Below are positions 21,001 through 34,700 of a stretch of 64,000 nucleotides of DNA, in pieces. The translations under genes were made by a program, and so were the position numbers. Below the pieces are notes generated by a model. That model worked only from the letters and a program-made list of their open reading frames with translations, did no database searches and was not told the origin of the DNA. Position 1 is the first letter of the stretch. Every line of letters starts with the position of its first letter. The DNA comes from Macrostomum lignano (taxonomy: Eukaryota). Location: NCBI GenBank assembly GCA_002269645.1, contig NIVC01000234.1, positions 62,001 to 126,000 on the forward strand. The letters run 5' to 3'.

Positions 21001-24000
21001 TGGGATTTACCTACATCAATTGGCAGTTCCCCACAGCAATAGGGATTTCCTCACGGCAATAGGGATTTCTCCATAGTCACAGGGATTTCCCCACAGCAAC
21101 AGGGATTTTCCGACAATAATAGGGATTTCTCCACAGAAAAGGAATTTCCCATGGTAATAGAGACTTCCCCACGGAAATAGGGATTTCCCACAGTAATAGG
21201 GATTTCCCACGCTAATAGGGATTTCTCTAGAGCGATAGGGATTTTTCCACGGCAATAGGGATTTCTCCATAGTAACAGGGATTTCCTCACAGCAACAGGG
21301 ATTTCCCTATAGTAGTATGGATTTCCCAAAAGTAATAGGGATTTCCCCACAGTAATTGGGATTTTCCTATAGCAATTGGGATTTCTAAACAGAAATTGGG
21401 ATTTCCCCACTGGGATTGAGAATTCACTTCAGAGATTAGAAAATACACATCACGGAATAAAAACACGGGAGCAGTGAACTCACCGACTGCATAAACACGA
21501 ACAGATGCGGATGCGAACTCGGATCGATAGTGGCCTCAAACAGCGGCCGGAATAAATTGTCCAGAAATGTCTGGAAATTGTCCAACTGGCCGTGGCGACG
21601 GTACACATCGAACAGGCGGGGAATCTGGATCATCCAGCGGACATTGTCGTTGAACTCGGTCAGGCCGTGGTGCAGTGCCCACTGAGCCAATTTGTCCCAT
21701 TCGTCGGCAGACCTACCGTAGATCGACAGCCGCAGCTCGGCATTCTGATAGCGCGACTCCTTCAGGTCGTTCATCACCTCGCGCAGGATCTCGGCAAAGA
21801 ACCTGCCGCCAATATGATTGTCAGTCTTCAGGAACACCTCCCTCAGGTGGTTCCTACCCAGCGGGTTGTACTTGGAATTGAATTTGTCGAATCGTTGGAA
21901 AGTGTGCCTATCGGCGTGAACATCCAGCATGTCGATGTTCAGATCGTAGTCCGTGATCTTCATGGCTTCGAAAATCTGCTTGAGCGATAGGAGCTCGCCG
22001 CTGCGGTCTACGTACACCTGGGATTAACAAATTTTGCGATTTTTAATGATTAACTGCTTTTCACATTCTTTAGAGACATTTAGTGAGCAATCCTCAGGTG
22101 CCTCGGTGAGCTATCCTCAGGTGCCTCAGGGAGCTATCCTCAGGTGCCTCAGGTGCCTCAGTGAGCTATCCTCAGGTGCCTCAGTGAGCTATCCTCAGGT
22201 GCCTCAGTGAGCTATCCTCAGGTGCCTCAGGGAGCTATCCTCAGGTGCCTCAGGGAGCTATCCTCAGGTGCCTCAGTGAGATATCCTCAGGTGCCTCAGT
22301 GAGATATCCTCAGGTGCCTCAGTGAGCTATCCTCAGGTACTTCAGTAATCCACTCTAGAAATCTTCAGTAATCCACCTCAGAAATCTTCACAAATCCATC
22401 TCAGAAATCTTCAGCAATCCACCTCAGAAATCTTCAGTAATCCACCTCAGAAATCTTCAGTAATCCACCTCAGAAATCTTCAGTAATCCACCTCAGAAAT
22501 CTTCAGTAATCCAACAAGAAATCTTCAGTAATCCACCTCAGAAATCTTCACAAATCCACTCTTAGAAATCTTCAGTAATCCACTCTTAGAAATCTTCAGT
22601 AATCCACCTCAGAAATCTTCAGTAATCCACTCTCAGAAATCTTCAGTAATCCACCTCAGAAATCTTCAGTAATCCACTCTCAGAAATCTTCAGTAATCCA
22701 CCTCAGAAATCTTCACAAATCCACTCTTAGAAATCTTCAGTAATCCACCTCAGAAATCTTCAGTAATCCACCTCAGAAATCTTCACAAATTTACTCTCAG
22801 AAATCTTCAGTAATCCACCTCAGAAATCTTCACAAATCCACTCTCAGAAATCTTCACAAATCCACTCTCAGAAATCTTCACAAATCCACTCTTAGAAATC
22901 TTCACAAATCCACTCTTAGAAATCTTCAGTAATCCACTAGAAATCTTCAGTAATCCAACAAGAAATCTTCAGTAATCCACCTCAGAAATCTTCACAAATC
23001 TACTCTTAGAAATCTTCAGTAATCCACTCTCAGAAATCTTCACAAATCCACTCTTAGAAATCTTCAGTAATCCACTAGAAATCTTCAGTAATCCAACAAG
23101 AAATATTCAGTAATCCACCTCAGAAATCTTCACAAATCCACTCTTAGAAATCTTCAGTAATCCACCTCAGAAATCTTCAGTAATCCACCTCAGAAATCTT
23201 CACAAATCCACTCTTAGAAATCTTCAGTAATCCACTAGAAATCTTCAGTAATCCAACAAGAAATCTTCAGTAATCCACCTCAGAAATCTTCACAAATCCA
23301 CTCTTAGAAATCTTCAGTAATCCACCTCAGAAATCTTCAGTAATCCACCTCAGAAATCTTCACAAATCCACTCTTAGAAATCTTCAGTAATCCACCTCAG
23401 AAATCTTCAGTAATCCAACAAGAAATCTTCAGTAATCCACCTCAGAAATCTTCACAAATCCACTCTTAGAAATCTTCAGTAATCCACCTCAGAAATCTTC
23501 AGTAATCCACCTCAGAAATCTTCACAAATCCACTCTTAGAAATCTTCAGTAATCCACCTCAGAAATCTTCAGTAATCCAACAAGAAATCTTCAGTAATCC
23601 ACCTCAGAAATCTTCACAAATCCACTCTTAGAAATCTTCAGTAATCCACCTCAGAAATCTTCAGTAATCCACCTCAGAAATCTTCACAAATCCACTCTTA
23701 GAAATCTTCAGTAATCCACCTCAGAAATCTTCACAAATCCACTCTCAGAAATCTTCACAAATCCACTCTTAGAAATCTTCAGTAATCCACCTCAGAAATC
23801 TTCACAAATCCACTCTCAGAAATCTTCACAAATCCACTCTTAGAAATCTTCAGTAATCCACTCTAGAAATCGTCAGTAATCCACTCTAGAAATCTTAAGT
23901 CAAAATCATAAATCAAAATTTCCAACCTTCTCATCCGGATGTTTCTTAAGCGATCGCTTGATGAACTTGAGCAGGTGTTTCTGGTTCATAGCCGAAGAAG

Positions 24001-24833
24001 CGTGAATGTGATTGTCCACCTTGCGAATATTATAGAAATCCCTATGAGGCACTAGTTTCTGTTCGGCACTCTCAGTCAATTCGTTCAACAAGCTGTGCAG
24101 CTGATACTTGGACTGCAGACAAGTCAGCCGACGAAAGCAATAACTTTTCAATGGACCATTCGATGTCAGAGCAATCAAAATCTTGTGCTCTGTAACAAAA
24201 GCGTCCTTATCTACGTAGGGAATTTTCAAACAATTAAATTGCGACTCCGTTGCTGGGCAGTTGGTTAGACGAAACACGCCAGACTCGATTGACAAATTGA
24301 TTGGCAGAGAATCTTTAGGCAGACTGTCCAGAGTGTACTCTGGCTGGTGATGGTGGTGGTGATGGTGATGAGGCTGAGGCGGAGGCTGCAACAGGTGATC
24401 TGAAGGTGGCGCATCTGCTCCCGAAGTAGAAGACTGCGGAACTTGTAAGGTAGTGCTAGCACTACTAGTAGTAGTAGCCACCGCCGTGTTGACACCGCTG
24501 GTGCTTCGACAAAGGTACCTGAGTGTGATTGCGTTTGTAGTAGACTGATCATGTCATTTGTAATGCATGAATTTTAATTCATTTTAAGGTGACTCTGGGA
24601 CTCTGATGGCGACTGACCGTGCACTACTTCTAAATACCGCTAAACTACTAAATATCAGTACCTACTACTACTATCACTAATACTAGTACAGCTACAACTA
24701 TTGCTACTACTACTACTACTACTACTACTACTATTATTAATGATACTACTACTACTACTACTGCCACTACTACTACTACTAATGTTACTACTATTACTAC
24801 TACTGCTACTACTACTACTAATGTTACTACTAT

Positions 24834-24868
<35 letters not shown>

Positions 24869-25775
24869 ATGTTACTACTATTACTACTACTGCTACTACT
24901 ACTACTACTAATGTTACTACTATTACTACTACTGCTACTACTATTACTACTACTACTACTGTTACTACTATTACTACTACTATTACTACTACTACTACTA
25001 ATGTTACTACTATTACTACTACTACTACTACTACTACTGCTGCTACTACTATTATTACTACTACTACTACTACTAATACTACTACTGCTACTACTACTAA
25101 TATTACTACTAATGTTACTACTACTACTACTGCCCCTACTACTCACCTAGCAGTAGTGGCGCAAAAGGCCTGCCCAGCCAGCCGCATATACCTCTGCCGA
25201 ACGTGCATAGCCCAAACCAGATGTGAGCAGGACTCAGTCACATCCTCGTCAACTCCAGCGCTGCTAGCCAGATCTGAGTCGCCAGAGATGATCACCCGTT
25301 GAAACTGCACCGACCTGGTGTGACTGTCAATGTCATCAACAAGCACCGGTTGAGCTTGAGCAGGCGTGTCTAAAGTGAGCTGGCGCTCCAACTTGTGCTG
25401 CTGACTTTCAATCCGTTGAATAGGAAATTTCGGCACATTGAAGTGATCAGAGCCGTCCGCCAGTTCGTCGCTGTCGTTCTGACTAGCAGGTGCAGAGCCG
25501 CTGTCTCCGGCTGCTGCTGCTGCACCTCCGACGCCGGAATCGGACACGTTCGCCACACGACGCAGAATTGCGGCGCCAAGGGACTCCAGCGAAGCTGGCG
25601 GCGGAGGCACCGGCAGAGTGGTGGTGTACAGCTGCTGGTCCGTACTCGATTCCGAAGACTTTTTCGAATCACTGGTTGCCTGCTGTTGTTTCCGATCATC
25701 AGCATCGCGATTGTCGCCGCCATCAGTCAGCCTGCGGCGTTTCGGAGACGGCAAATTGAACTCAGTTGCACTCAT
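18027..25775 (-). CDS. AMPD: AMP deaminase; exons 25775-25147, 24518-23927, 22017-21484, 20774-20487, 19153-18685, 18088-18027 (2574 nt, 857 aa)
   Basis: Motifs [66 protein letters not shown]|[20 protein letters not shown]. All introns GT-AG and phases sum to an intact frame. The last small exon is inferred from phase compatibility. Confidence 0.95.
18163..18665. repeat. (CCCAT)n-GATTCTT array in last AMPD intron
   Basis: Visible tandem array. Confidence 0.9.
19236..20470. repeat. ~28-bp minisatellite GGCCCAGCAACTGGGGATCTGGGAGGCT in AMPD intron, with a 340-bp internal duplication
   Basis: Visible array; identical ORF starts at 19603 and 19943 show the 340-bp block repeat. Confidence 0.95.
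21000..21420. repeat. 20-bp minisatellite GGGATTTCCCCACAGTAATA in AMPD intron
   Basis: Degenerate tandem array. Confidence 0.9.
22085..23895. repeat. Compound 23-bp arrays (CCTCAGGTGCCTCAGTGAGCTAT, then CAGAAATCTTCAGTAATCCACCT) in AMPD intron
   Basis: Visible arrays; the unit switches at ~22340. Confidence 0.95.
24655..25140. repeat. (CTA)n microsatellite in AMPD intron 1
   Basis: About 480 bp of imperfect CTA/TAG triplets starting at the splice donor. Confidence 0.95.
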
Positions 25776-25874
25776 GCTCTTGTGATGGGCTCATAAAAAT
25801 TATTTTTTATGTGAATTCTCTTTGACATTTTTTGGCACACTTTGCTATAGTAACATGTCCGAGCCGTTTGTCGG

Positions 25875-26560
25875 GAGGGGAATTTAGGAAAGTTTCTTAA
25901 GGGAATTTAGGAAAGATTCTTGGAGGAATTTAGAAAGATTATTGGGGGAATTTAGGAAAGTTTCTTAAGGGAATTTAAGAAAGATTCTTGGGGGAATTTA
26001 TGAAAGTTTCTTAGAGTAACTTAGGAAAGTTTCTTAAGGGAATTTAGGAAAGATTATTGGGGGAGTTTAGGAAAGTTTCTTAAGGGAATTTAGGAAAGAT
26101 TCTCGGGGGTATTTAGGAAATATTCTTGGGGAAATTTAGGAAAGATTCTTGGGGGAATTTAGGAAAGATTCTTGGGGGAATTTAGGAAAGATTCTTGGGG
26201 GAATTTAGGAAAGATTCTTGGGGGAGTTTAGGAAAGATTCTTGGGGAAATTTAGGAAAGATTCTTGGGGGAGTTTAGGAAAGATTCTTGGGGGAATTTAG
26301 GAAAGATTCTTGGGGAAATTTAGGAAAGATTCTTGGGGGAGTTTAGGAAAGATTCTTGGGGGAGTTTAGGAAAGATTCTTGGGGGAATTTGGGAAAGATT
26401 CTTGGGGGAATTAGGGAAAGATTCTTGAGGGAATTTGGGAAAAATTCTTGGGGGAATTTAGGAAAGATTCTTGACGGAATTTAGAAAAAATTCTTGGGGG
26501 TATTTAGGAAAGATACTAGGGGAGGTTGAGAAAATATTCTTAGGGAATTTCGGCAAGTTT
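25875..26560. repeat. 23-bp minisatellite GGAATTTAGGAAAGATTCTTGGG upstream of AMPD
   Basis: Visible array. Confidence 0.95.
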
Positions 26561-27824
26561 CTTAAGGAAATTTAGATTCATTAGGGAAAATTTAAGGAAG
26601 ATTCATAATGTAAAATTTAGAAACTATTTATTAGAAAATATTCCTGCAGGGAAATCAGGTAAAAAAATCCTAAAGCCATTTCCAAGCAAAACTTGGGTTT
26701 ATAGGGGTTAAGTAAGTCCTAATTAACAAATGAAATATTAGTTAAAGAAGTCTAGACACGTCTTCCAAAGCAAAAACAGACAAAATCACAACGCCGTTGC
26801 AGAATTTATTGTCACAACTGCCAAAATAAATGAATTATCATTCATTAACCAGCTCCTTAGCACTTTGCCAAGCGTTTGAAATCATCGGTGATATTCTATT
26901 ATAAATTAAATGTTCAATATCGATTTAGTAAGTAGAATTGCAAGAGCGGAGCTTTATTAATTTATTGATTTTTTCGTCAAGCATTTCTTAACCTGTTCAC
27001 GCAAAAAGCACAACATTTGGCAATAAGTTCGAATAGTGATGGCTAGTCGAAAAAAGAGAATTCAAAGAAGTTAATCAAGATTTACCATAGGCATTAATAT
27101 TGAAGCAACAAGACAGACAGACAGACAGACAGAGGCATTTATTTGGTCACAGAAGACAATAGTGGAAAAAACAATGAAAAACACCAAGAGGGCAACAATG
27201 ACTACTAAACAAAGACATACACACACAACCACCTAAACCATGCGCTAATTTTAATGTGACTGTAATGACTCAAAAATATTTTGTATGGACACCAAAAAAA
27301 TTAGACAGATAAACAACAAAGAAAAACAATATGAAATAAACCAAATTATGGAAAGAGTGAAAAAAACTAAAAAACACAATTTTAGCTATCAAATAAATTT
27401 CATGACAAAGTCGAGGCGCTCCGTTAATTTAATTTAACAAACAGAAAAAACAAACAAATTTTCTAAGAAATAAATTAAAGTTCTTCTCAATCTTGTTGAT
27501 TTGTGCTTTTTATCAAATTTTTGTTGGCACAACTAACAAGCTGTTAATCTGTGTGCACTGATTGACAAGATTTATTAAATAATTTATTAGCAATGATGCA
27601 TAGATACTAGTTCCACCGTATGCTACTTGGAAGTAGTATTTGTGTAGCAACAGTAGTACCAAATAAAAAAGTACCGATTATCAAAACGTCAAAAATTCGA
27701 AAGAAGAAAAAAAACATTTTTTGGATAGATTTTGTTTTAATACGCCAAAATGAGTTTTAATTTTTATAAAGCACCTTCTTTCTATGTCTATGGCAGGGGG
27801 CAGGCAGACTTTTTACCTCGCGGG

Positions 27825-28430
27825 TTAGATGAGACTGGAGAGGAGAAGGAATAGAAGATGAGAGACGAGAGAAGAGACGAGGTGAGGAATAGGATGAGTG
27901 AATAGATAAGATAAGAGAGACGAGAGAAGATCGGGGAGAGGGGAGAGAGGAGAGGGGGGAGAGGAGAGGGGAGAGAGGAAAGGGGAGAGAGGAGAGGAGA
28001 GAGAGGAGAGGGAAGAGAAGAGAGAGGAGAGAGGAGAGAAGAGAGAGGAGAGGGGAGAGAGGAGAAGGGAGAGAGGAGAGGGGAGAGAGGAGAGGGGAGA
28101 GAGGAGAGGGGAGAGGGGAGAGGGGAGAGAGGAGAGGGGAGAGAGGAGAGGGGAGAGAGGAGAGGGGAGAGGGGAGAGAGGAGAGGGGAGAGAGGAGAGG
28201 GGAGAGAGGAGAGGGGAGAGAGGAGAGAGGAGAGAGGAGAGGGGAGAGAGGAGAGGGGAGAGAGGAGAGGGGAGAGAGGAGAGGGGAGAGAGGAGAGGGG
28301 AGAGAGGAGAGGGGAGAGAGGAGAGGGAGAGAGGAGAGGGGAGAGAGGAGAGGGGAGAGAGGAGAGGGGAGAGAGGAGAGGGGAGAGAGGAGAGGGGAGA
28401 GAGGAGAGGGGAGAGAGAAGAGAGAAAAGA
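27825..28430. repeat. Polypurine (GGAGA/GAGAGG)n tract
   Basis: Visible low-complexity tract. Confidence 0.95.
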
Positions 28431-28770
28431 CAGAAACCTTGACCCAGCCGGATTGCTATTGTGAAGTTTCAAAGGACCTGAGTGCCGGATAGAGAGGCTT
28501 CTTCTCGGGCCGAAGTTTGCCTACCCCTGGTCTAAGGCAATTCTCAACCGATTTTCTCGGGTGATGTTTCATTTTAAAATATGATATTCGCGTTTATTTT
28601 GAACCAACCAGGGTTTCGGGTGTCCACTGTCCAATCTTTCTTAGAAAGAAAGTCCGTAAAGTTGAATTACTTTTAATAAATGAATAAATTTTGATTAACG
28701 AATCTCCAAGATAAGCTAACACCAATAACAATCACACTAATGGGAACCTGTCAATCAGTCTTACTGGCAT

Positions 28771-31700
28771 TCAATCGTCATCATCTCGGAAGTCGCCATA
28801 TCGCCAGATGTTCAATCTAGCTTTGAAAGCAACCGCCTGTTTGGCCGCATACTTTGAGTACAGCTCGCCGCCTTTGCCGGATTTGGAGCCCATCGGTGGT
28901 CGGCGATCAATGAATAGCAGGCCTTTCTCCAGCAGCAGCTCAGCTACATCAACTCCGCTAGCCTTCTCAACCAGCTGCACGTAGGCTACCCCGTCTGACT
29001 CATAAACTCGGCGAACAGTGGCGGGTTTATTAGCCACAGTGTCCAGCATGAGCTCAACAGACAGTTGGATGTCTTCTTCATCTGGCGGAGGCTGACTGAA
29101 AGCCAGTCGGCAGACTCGAGCTAGCGGAGCTTGAGCACGCAATGAGTCCGGCAGCTGAGCAATATCGGCTACATTGTTAATGATCTTCTCCAACCCCAGA
29201 TCGATCAGGCTCACAGTTTTACCTGTGGAATCGGATTTCAGCACCCTGGCACGCTGCCATGCACTGTTGAAGCGAACAGCGCACAGGTCGCCTTTGCGAG
29301 GCGCGTAGGCACCCGGCACGGGCGGGCGCCGCTCTTCGAGTTCTTCGCGAAGAGCGGCAGCGAGGCGGGTGCGCCGTTCAGCATCGTCGGCCAGCTGGAC
29401 GCAGAAGGACAGGTCTGGCCGGATCTGGGCGACAGGGGCAGTGGTGGGTGCGCATGCGATATTATTTAATTTGTATGGGAGAAACTCAAATAGACTGACA
29501 GCGGTTGAGGATTAGGAGAGACAACGATTGGGGTAAGACTGAGGACAAGACTAAGGAGGAGACGAAGGAGACGGGAGGTAGACAGGGAGGGAAACAGAGG
29601 GAAACAGAGGGAAACAGAGGGAGACACAGGGAAACAGAGAGGGAGACAGAGGGAGACAGAGGGAGACACAGAAGGGAGACAGAGGGAGACAGAAGGAGAC
29701 ACAGAGGGAGACAGAGGGAAGAGGGAGACACAGGGAGACAGAGGGAGACAGAAGGAGACACAGAGGGAGACAGGGAGGGAGACAGAGGGAGACAGAGGGG
29801 GGGGAAGAGAGGGAGAACAGCAGAATCCTAGACTACAGCAGCAACATGGTACGGTAAAACGGCAGTTAATTGAATGCTGACGAAGGAGGCTGCTCAGGCC
29901 GCAGGCTCACCTCAGTGACGGTGCACTCCAGCGGTCCGCTATCTTCGCCACCACCAGCGGCGTCCTTCCTTTGACCGGATGCGGGCCCGGAAGCGGCAGA
30001 CTCGGCTCGGCCATTGTCTGTAGTCGAGGCCACACTCCAGACATTGAGCTTGTCAGCTTTGGCCTTTTCCTCAGCTTTGCTCAATGCAGGATAATAGTCG
30101 GACTTCTCAGCCGTGAAGTGCACTTTACCGTAGCCTTTCTCAACCAGGCTAACAGCCAGATTCTCGCCATCGACAAACAGATGACCAATAAAGTTGCCGC
30201 CGCGGTCGCAGGCTTCAACTAGGACTTCGACTTCGCGCTGAAGGCAGAGCTCCTTGACGAATCGGCTGGCCTCCTCGCCGAATGGTTCGCCGGGCTCCTC
30301 CGACCCATTGGGCAGTCGTCTGGGAGTCCTGGGGCACTCCACTCCGGTCAGCAGCAGGGTCACCAGGCAGGTGCTGCGAGGCACGTAGACTCGGAACCGA
30401 TTAGCCGAGGCAACGAATTCTACGAGAGCTTCCTGTCTGCCGCTACGCTGCAGCGACGGCAGAAACTGCTTGGCTCGCTTGGGGTCGCCAGCCAGATCGG
30501 AGATCTTGTGCGCCGGCGGCTCCTTCTTGCTGTGCACACCGGCCGCCTGCGATGTGGGATTAACGGCCGTGGGGTCGGGATTAACAGCCATGGATCGGGA
30601 GATTAACAGTCATGGGTTGGGATTAACATCCATGGGGTCGGGATTAACAGCCATGGGGTCGGGATTAACAGTTATGGGTTGGGATTATCTCAAGATTAAA
30701 TTAAGCCAAGGGGTCAGGATGTTACGCAAATCTGTACGACCTTGAACTACAAATTCACGGGATCTACTTAGACAATATACGAGTATAAGTAACCCCCACA
30801 ACTCCACAATATTAACAGCCTGGCTAACCTTTTTCTGAGCGACAGCTTCGGCAGCCAGCAGAGCGTCATAAGCAGAGGACCGATTGTCATCATCAGCGCG
30901 ATAGCGGATCACATAGCCGAGGCCCTTCTGCACCAGAGCCTCCGCCACGTTCACCTCGCCAACGAGAACTGTGGCGCCAACTTTCTCGGGAAATTCTGGC
31001 GATTTCGGTTGAACATAGTCCACACGTGCGGTGATGCGTTTGCCAATTAAACGCTTGCGTAGAAATTCACGAGCCTCGAACATGTAGGGAATGTCATAGA
31101 GTGGACGGGACACCCTGGACACAAAAATGGTTGATTATGTTTAAACACTTGTTAAATAATTCACGCACTGATTTCGAATTTTAAATCAAAATAAAGCACA
31201 TACCTACCATACTCTAGTGTCTTTAGATGAACCCCTGGCTACTTTATTCCAGTGTCCTTAAATGACCCCTGGCTCCCACGCCCATCCCAGTGTCCTTAAA
31301 TGACCCCTTGCTACCCTTGCCCTACCAGTGTCCTTAAATGACCCCTTGCTACCCTTGCCCTACCAGTGTCCTTAAATGACCCCTTGCTACCCTACCCTTC
31401 CCGTGTCCTTAAATGACCCCTTGCTACCCTACCCTTCCCGTGTCCTTAAATGACCCCTTGCTACCCTACCCTTCCCGTGTCCTTAAATGACCCCTTGCTA
31501 TCCTACCCTTTTCGTGTCCTTAAATGATCCCTTGCTACCCTACCCTATTCGTGTACTTAATTGACCCCTTTGCTAACATACTCTACCAGTGTCCTTAAAT
31601 TATCTCTTGCTACCCTACCCTACCAGTGTCCTTAAATTATCTCTTGCTACCCTACCCTACCAGTGTCCTTAAATCACCCCCTGCTACCTTACTCTACCCA

Positions 31701-34700
31701 TGTCCTTAAATATACCCCTAGCAAACCTTGAAACCAACCATTAAACCCTTTGCTTTACGATATTTCTTCAATCTTTAATTTACTATAGTCCCGGCACTAT
31801 TGGCAAAATTATTATATTCTAATAAAGAAACGTAAAAAAGACTTACTTAGGCCTCTGTCCATCAGCATCGGGAGCATTGGCTCGAGGCGGCCTAATGGAA
31901 GCCAAGAACAGCTTCACATAATCGCCTGTGTCCTGCCGTTTCACTACTAAACTATCGCCGTTGCCAACTTCTACAACGCGACCTTCGATATTGTCGCCAG
32001 ATTTTAAACCTTTCTCGGATTTGTTGCTATGCCCGATGCCGCCCCCGCTGCCGGCCGTTTCCACGTAGTCCTGTTTGGGAGTTTGGAAATTATGGACTCG
32101 TGAAGATTAAACAATGGAAACATATAAGTAAGGATTGAGTCACGACTCATTGGGATCAGGATTGAGTCACGATTCATGGGGATCGGGATCGGGTCATGGG
32201 GATCAGAATGAGGTTATGGGGATCAGGATTGGGTCATGGGGATCAGAATTGGGTCATGGGGATCAGAATTGGGTCATGGGATCAGAATGAGGTCATGCGG
32301 ATCAGGATTGGGTCATGGGACTCATGGGGGGTCAGGTTTGGGTCATGATGACTAAAATTGTAGAGTCATGGCAATCAGAACCGATTCAAGCGATTAGGAT
32401 TAAAAGTTATTAACAGGAATTTGGATTACTGATTAAAATTGAATCATAAGATTTCGATAAAAGATTCAAGGAACTGTAAGTCTAAAAAACGAACTTACCT
32501 TCCACAGTCTCCTCCTAGCCTTCTTGGCATCTCTCTCAGCCTGTCTGAGCTTGACCGCCGCTCCTGGCTGGCTAACAACTCCCATACTCCAGTCTACGCA
32601 CCGAGCCAGGCCCTCCTGCACCAGAATCTCGGCAATGTTGCCATTGGTATGCAGCACAGAGCCAACCACACTCTGACCCGAGACAGTCTCCAATACTAGC
32701 CGGACATTGCGCTGCAGCAGGCGAGCTTCAACAAAAAACTTGGCCTCCTCAGCGTAGGGTTCAGCGATTGGTTGAGCCTGTTGCTGCTGTTGCTGCTGCT
32801 GAGTTCCGGGTTCGGCTGAATCTCCCGTGTTTCCATCATCTTGCTGCTGCTGTTGCTGCTGCTGCTGTTGCGGCTGTTTAAACGTAGGCGATTTAACACC
32901 GCTGAGCATAAATGAGACGCTATAGTAGGCATCAGGCAGCGCGATCAACACCCGATATGTGCAGGCATCGCGAACGTGCTCAATAATAGCATTCAACGGT
33001 CGCTGCTTGTGCGAGTCAACAAACAGTCTGGGATTGTCAACCTTCCAGACAACGTTTCGAACATGATTTGCGGCTGGTTCAGTCTGGCTCCATTTGCCTT
33101 TGCCATCGGCTTTGGCCTGGTCTTCCAGGGCCCCCAGCTGTTTCATCTGGTCGGACCCTGAGGGGCCGCCGCCACCGCCACCGCCTGTACGGCGAACTTC
33201 GGCAAGACCTTCGCGAACCAAAGCCTCGTTCATGTTCACTCGCTCGGATTCTGGTTCCACTCTGTGGGTGAGTTTTAAATAATACTATATGTACTACTGT
33301 CAGTAAGGTAGGTCTTCAGTCCAGACAGTAGAAGGTACTTCAGGAAAACGGAGAGGAACTTCAGGCAGATAGAAGGTAGAAAATCTTCTGAAAAACAAGA
33401 GGACACTTCAGCAAGATAGGAAACTTCAGAGAGATAGAAGGAAACTTCAGAGAGATAGAAGGAAACTTCAGAGAGATAGAAGGAAAATTCAGAGAGATAG
33501 GAGGAAACTTCAGGAAGATAGGAGGAAACTTCAGAGAGATAGGAGAAACTTCAGGAAGATAGGAGGAAACTTCAGAGAGATAGGAGGAAACTTCAGAGAG
33601 ATAGGAGAAACTTCAGGAAGATAGGAGGAAAATGCAGGATAAAAAGGCCTCAAGAGCAGATACGATAGCTTTAGAAATATAACACAAGCCCAGACTTTCA
33701 ATAATCAGTCAGACTCACCTATCGTAGAGCACGCCATAATATTTCTTATTCCCAGTGCCACCAACAATGGTCTCGCAAGCGAACAGCACCTCTTTACCAA
33801 CCAGGCGCCTCAGATACTCCCTAGACTCATAAGCCCACGGCTCGTCTTTGGTCACTTCACCAGAAGCCAGACGTCGCCCAAGTCGAGGCGCCTGAATACT
33901 GGTCAGGCCGCAGTTCCACTCCTGCGGCGGGCCGCCACGAGGCCTGTCCCTGATGATCAGGGAGTCGCCTGATAGGATCTAATTGGGCAATGGGATAAAT
34001 AGGGGTTGTAATTATATCACAGACACAGATTAAAGTGGCAAGGTTGTAGCCTAGTGGTCAGAGCATCAAAGTCTCGACTGGGAGGTCGGGGGTTCAATTC
34101 TCTACCCAGAGAATATGCTGTATTGCTGTATATGCTGTATATGTGATATGCTGTATTGCATACCATTTTGTCTGCACCATATAAGATACTTCCTTAGACC
34201 TAAGTCTAAGAAGGCTTCTATATGCTGGAATTCTCAGGCAAAAGGCATCATTTTAAATGTTATATTATTAGAGTTCTGCCATAACCTAATTTTTTTATAT
34301 TAATATTAAATCCATAGCCATATCTCAAAACCTTTCTTATAGCCTATTTACATCTACTATATTTTGCCAAAAGTTCTATGATATATAGATGATATAGATC
34401 TATTATAAAAGAAATAAATAAGCAAAAAAACTAATGGACATAGGCTTTTTAGAGTCTAATATTTAAAAATTGTCTAAAATATAAGGATTAGAGTCAATTT
34501 GGTGACAATAAAAGACCTTTTTGGCAATAGCCATTGTAGTTACAAACAGCAAAATCATCTTGTCAATTATAAGTGATATGAGCCTAAAATTTAGATATTT
34601 TCTTATATTGTAAAGTATTGTTGCATTTAATTTTGTTTATTTACTATTATAATTGCAATCTTTTAAGTTTTGTATGTTTTCTAAATCTGGTAAAAATTTG

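Noticed and set aside
24655-25150. Poly-Ser and poly-Leu ORFs
   Set aside because: Translations of a (CTA)n microsatellite inside an intron.
34042-34108. tRNA gene
   Set aside because: It has A/B boxes but no convincing cloverleaf with paired acceptor stem, and it matches the SINE head at 48130.
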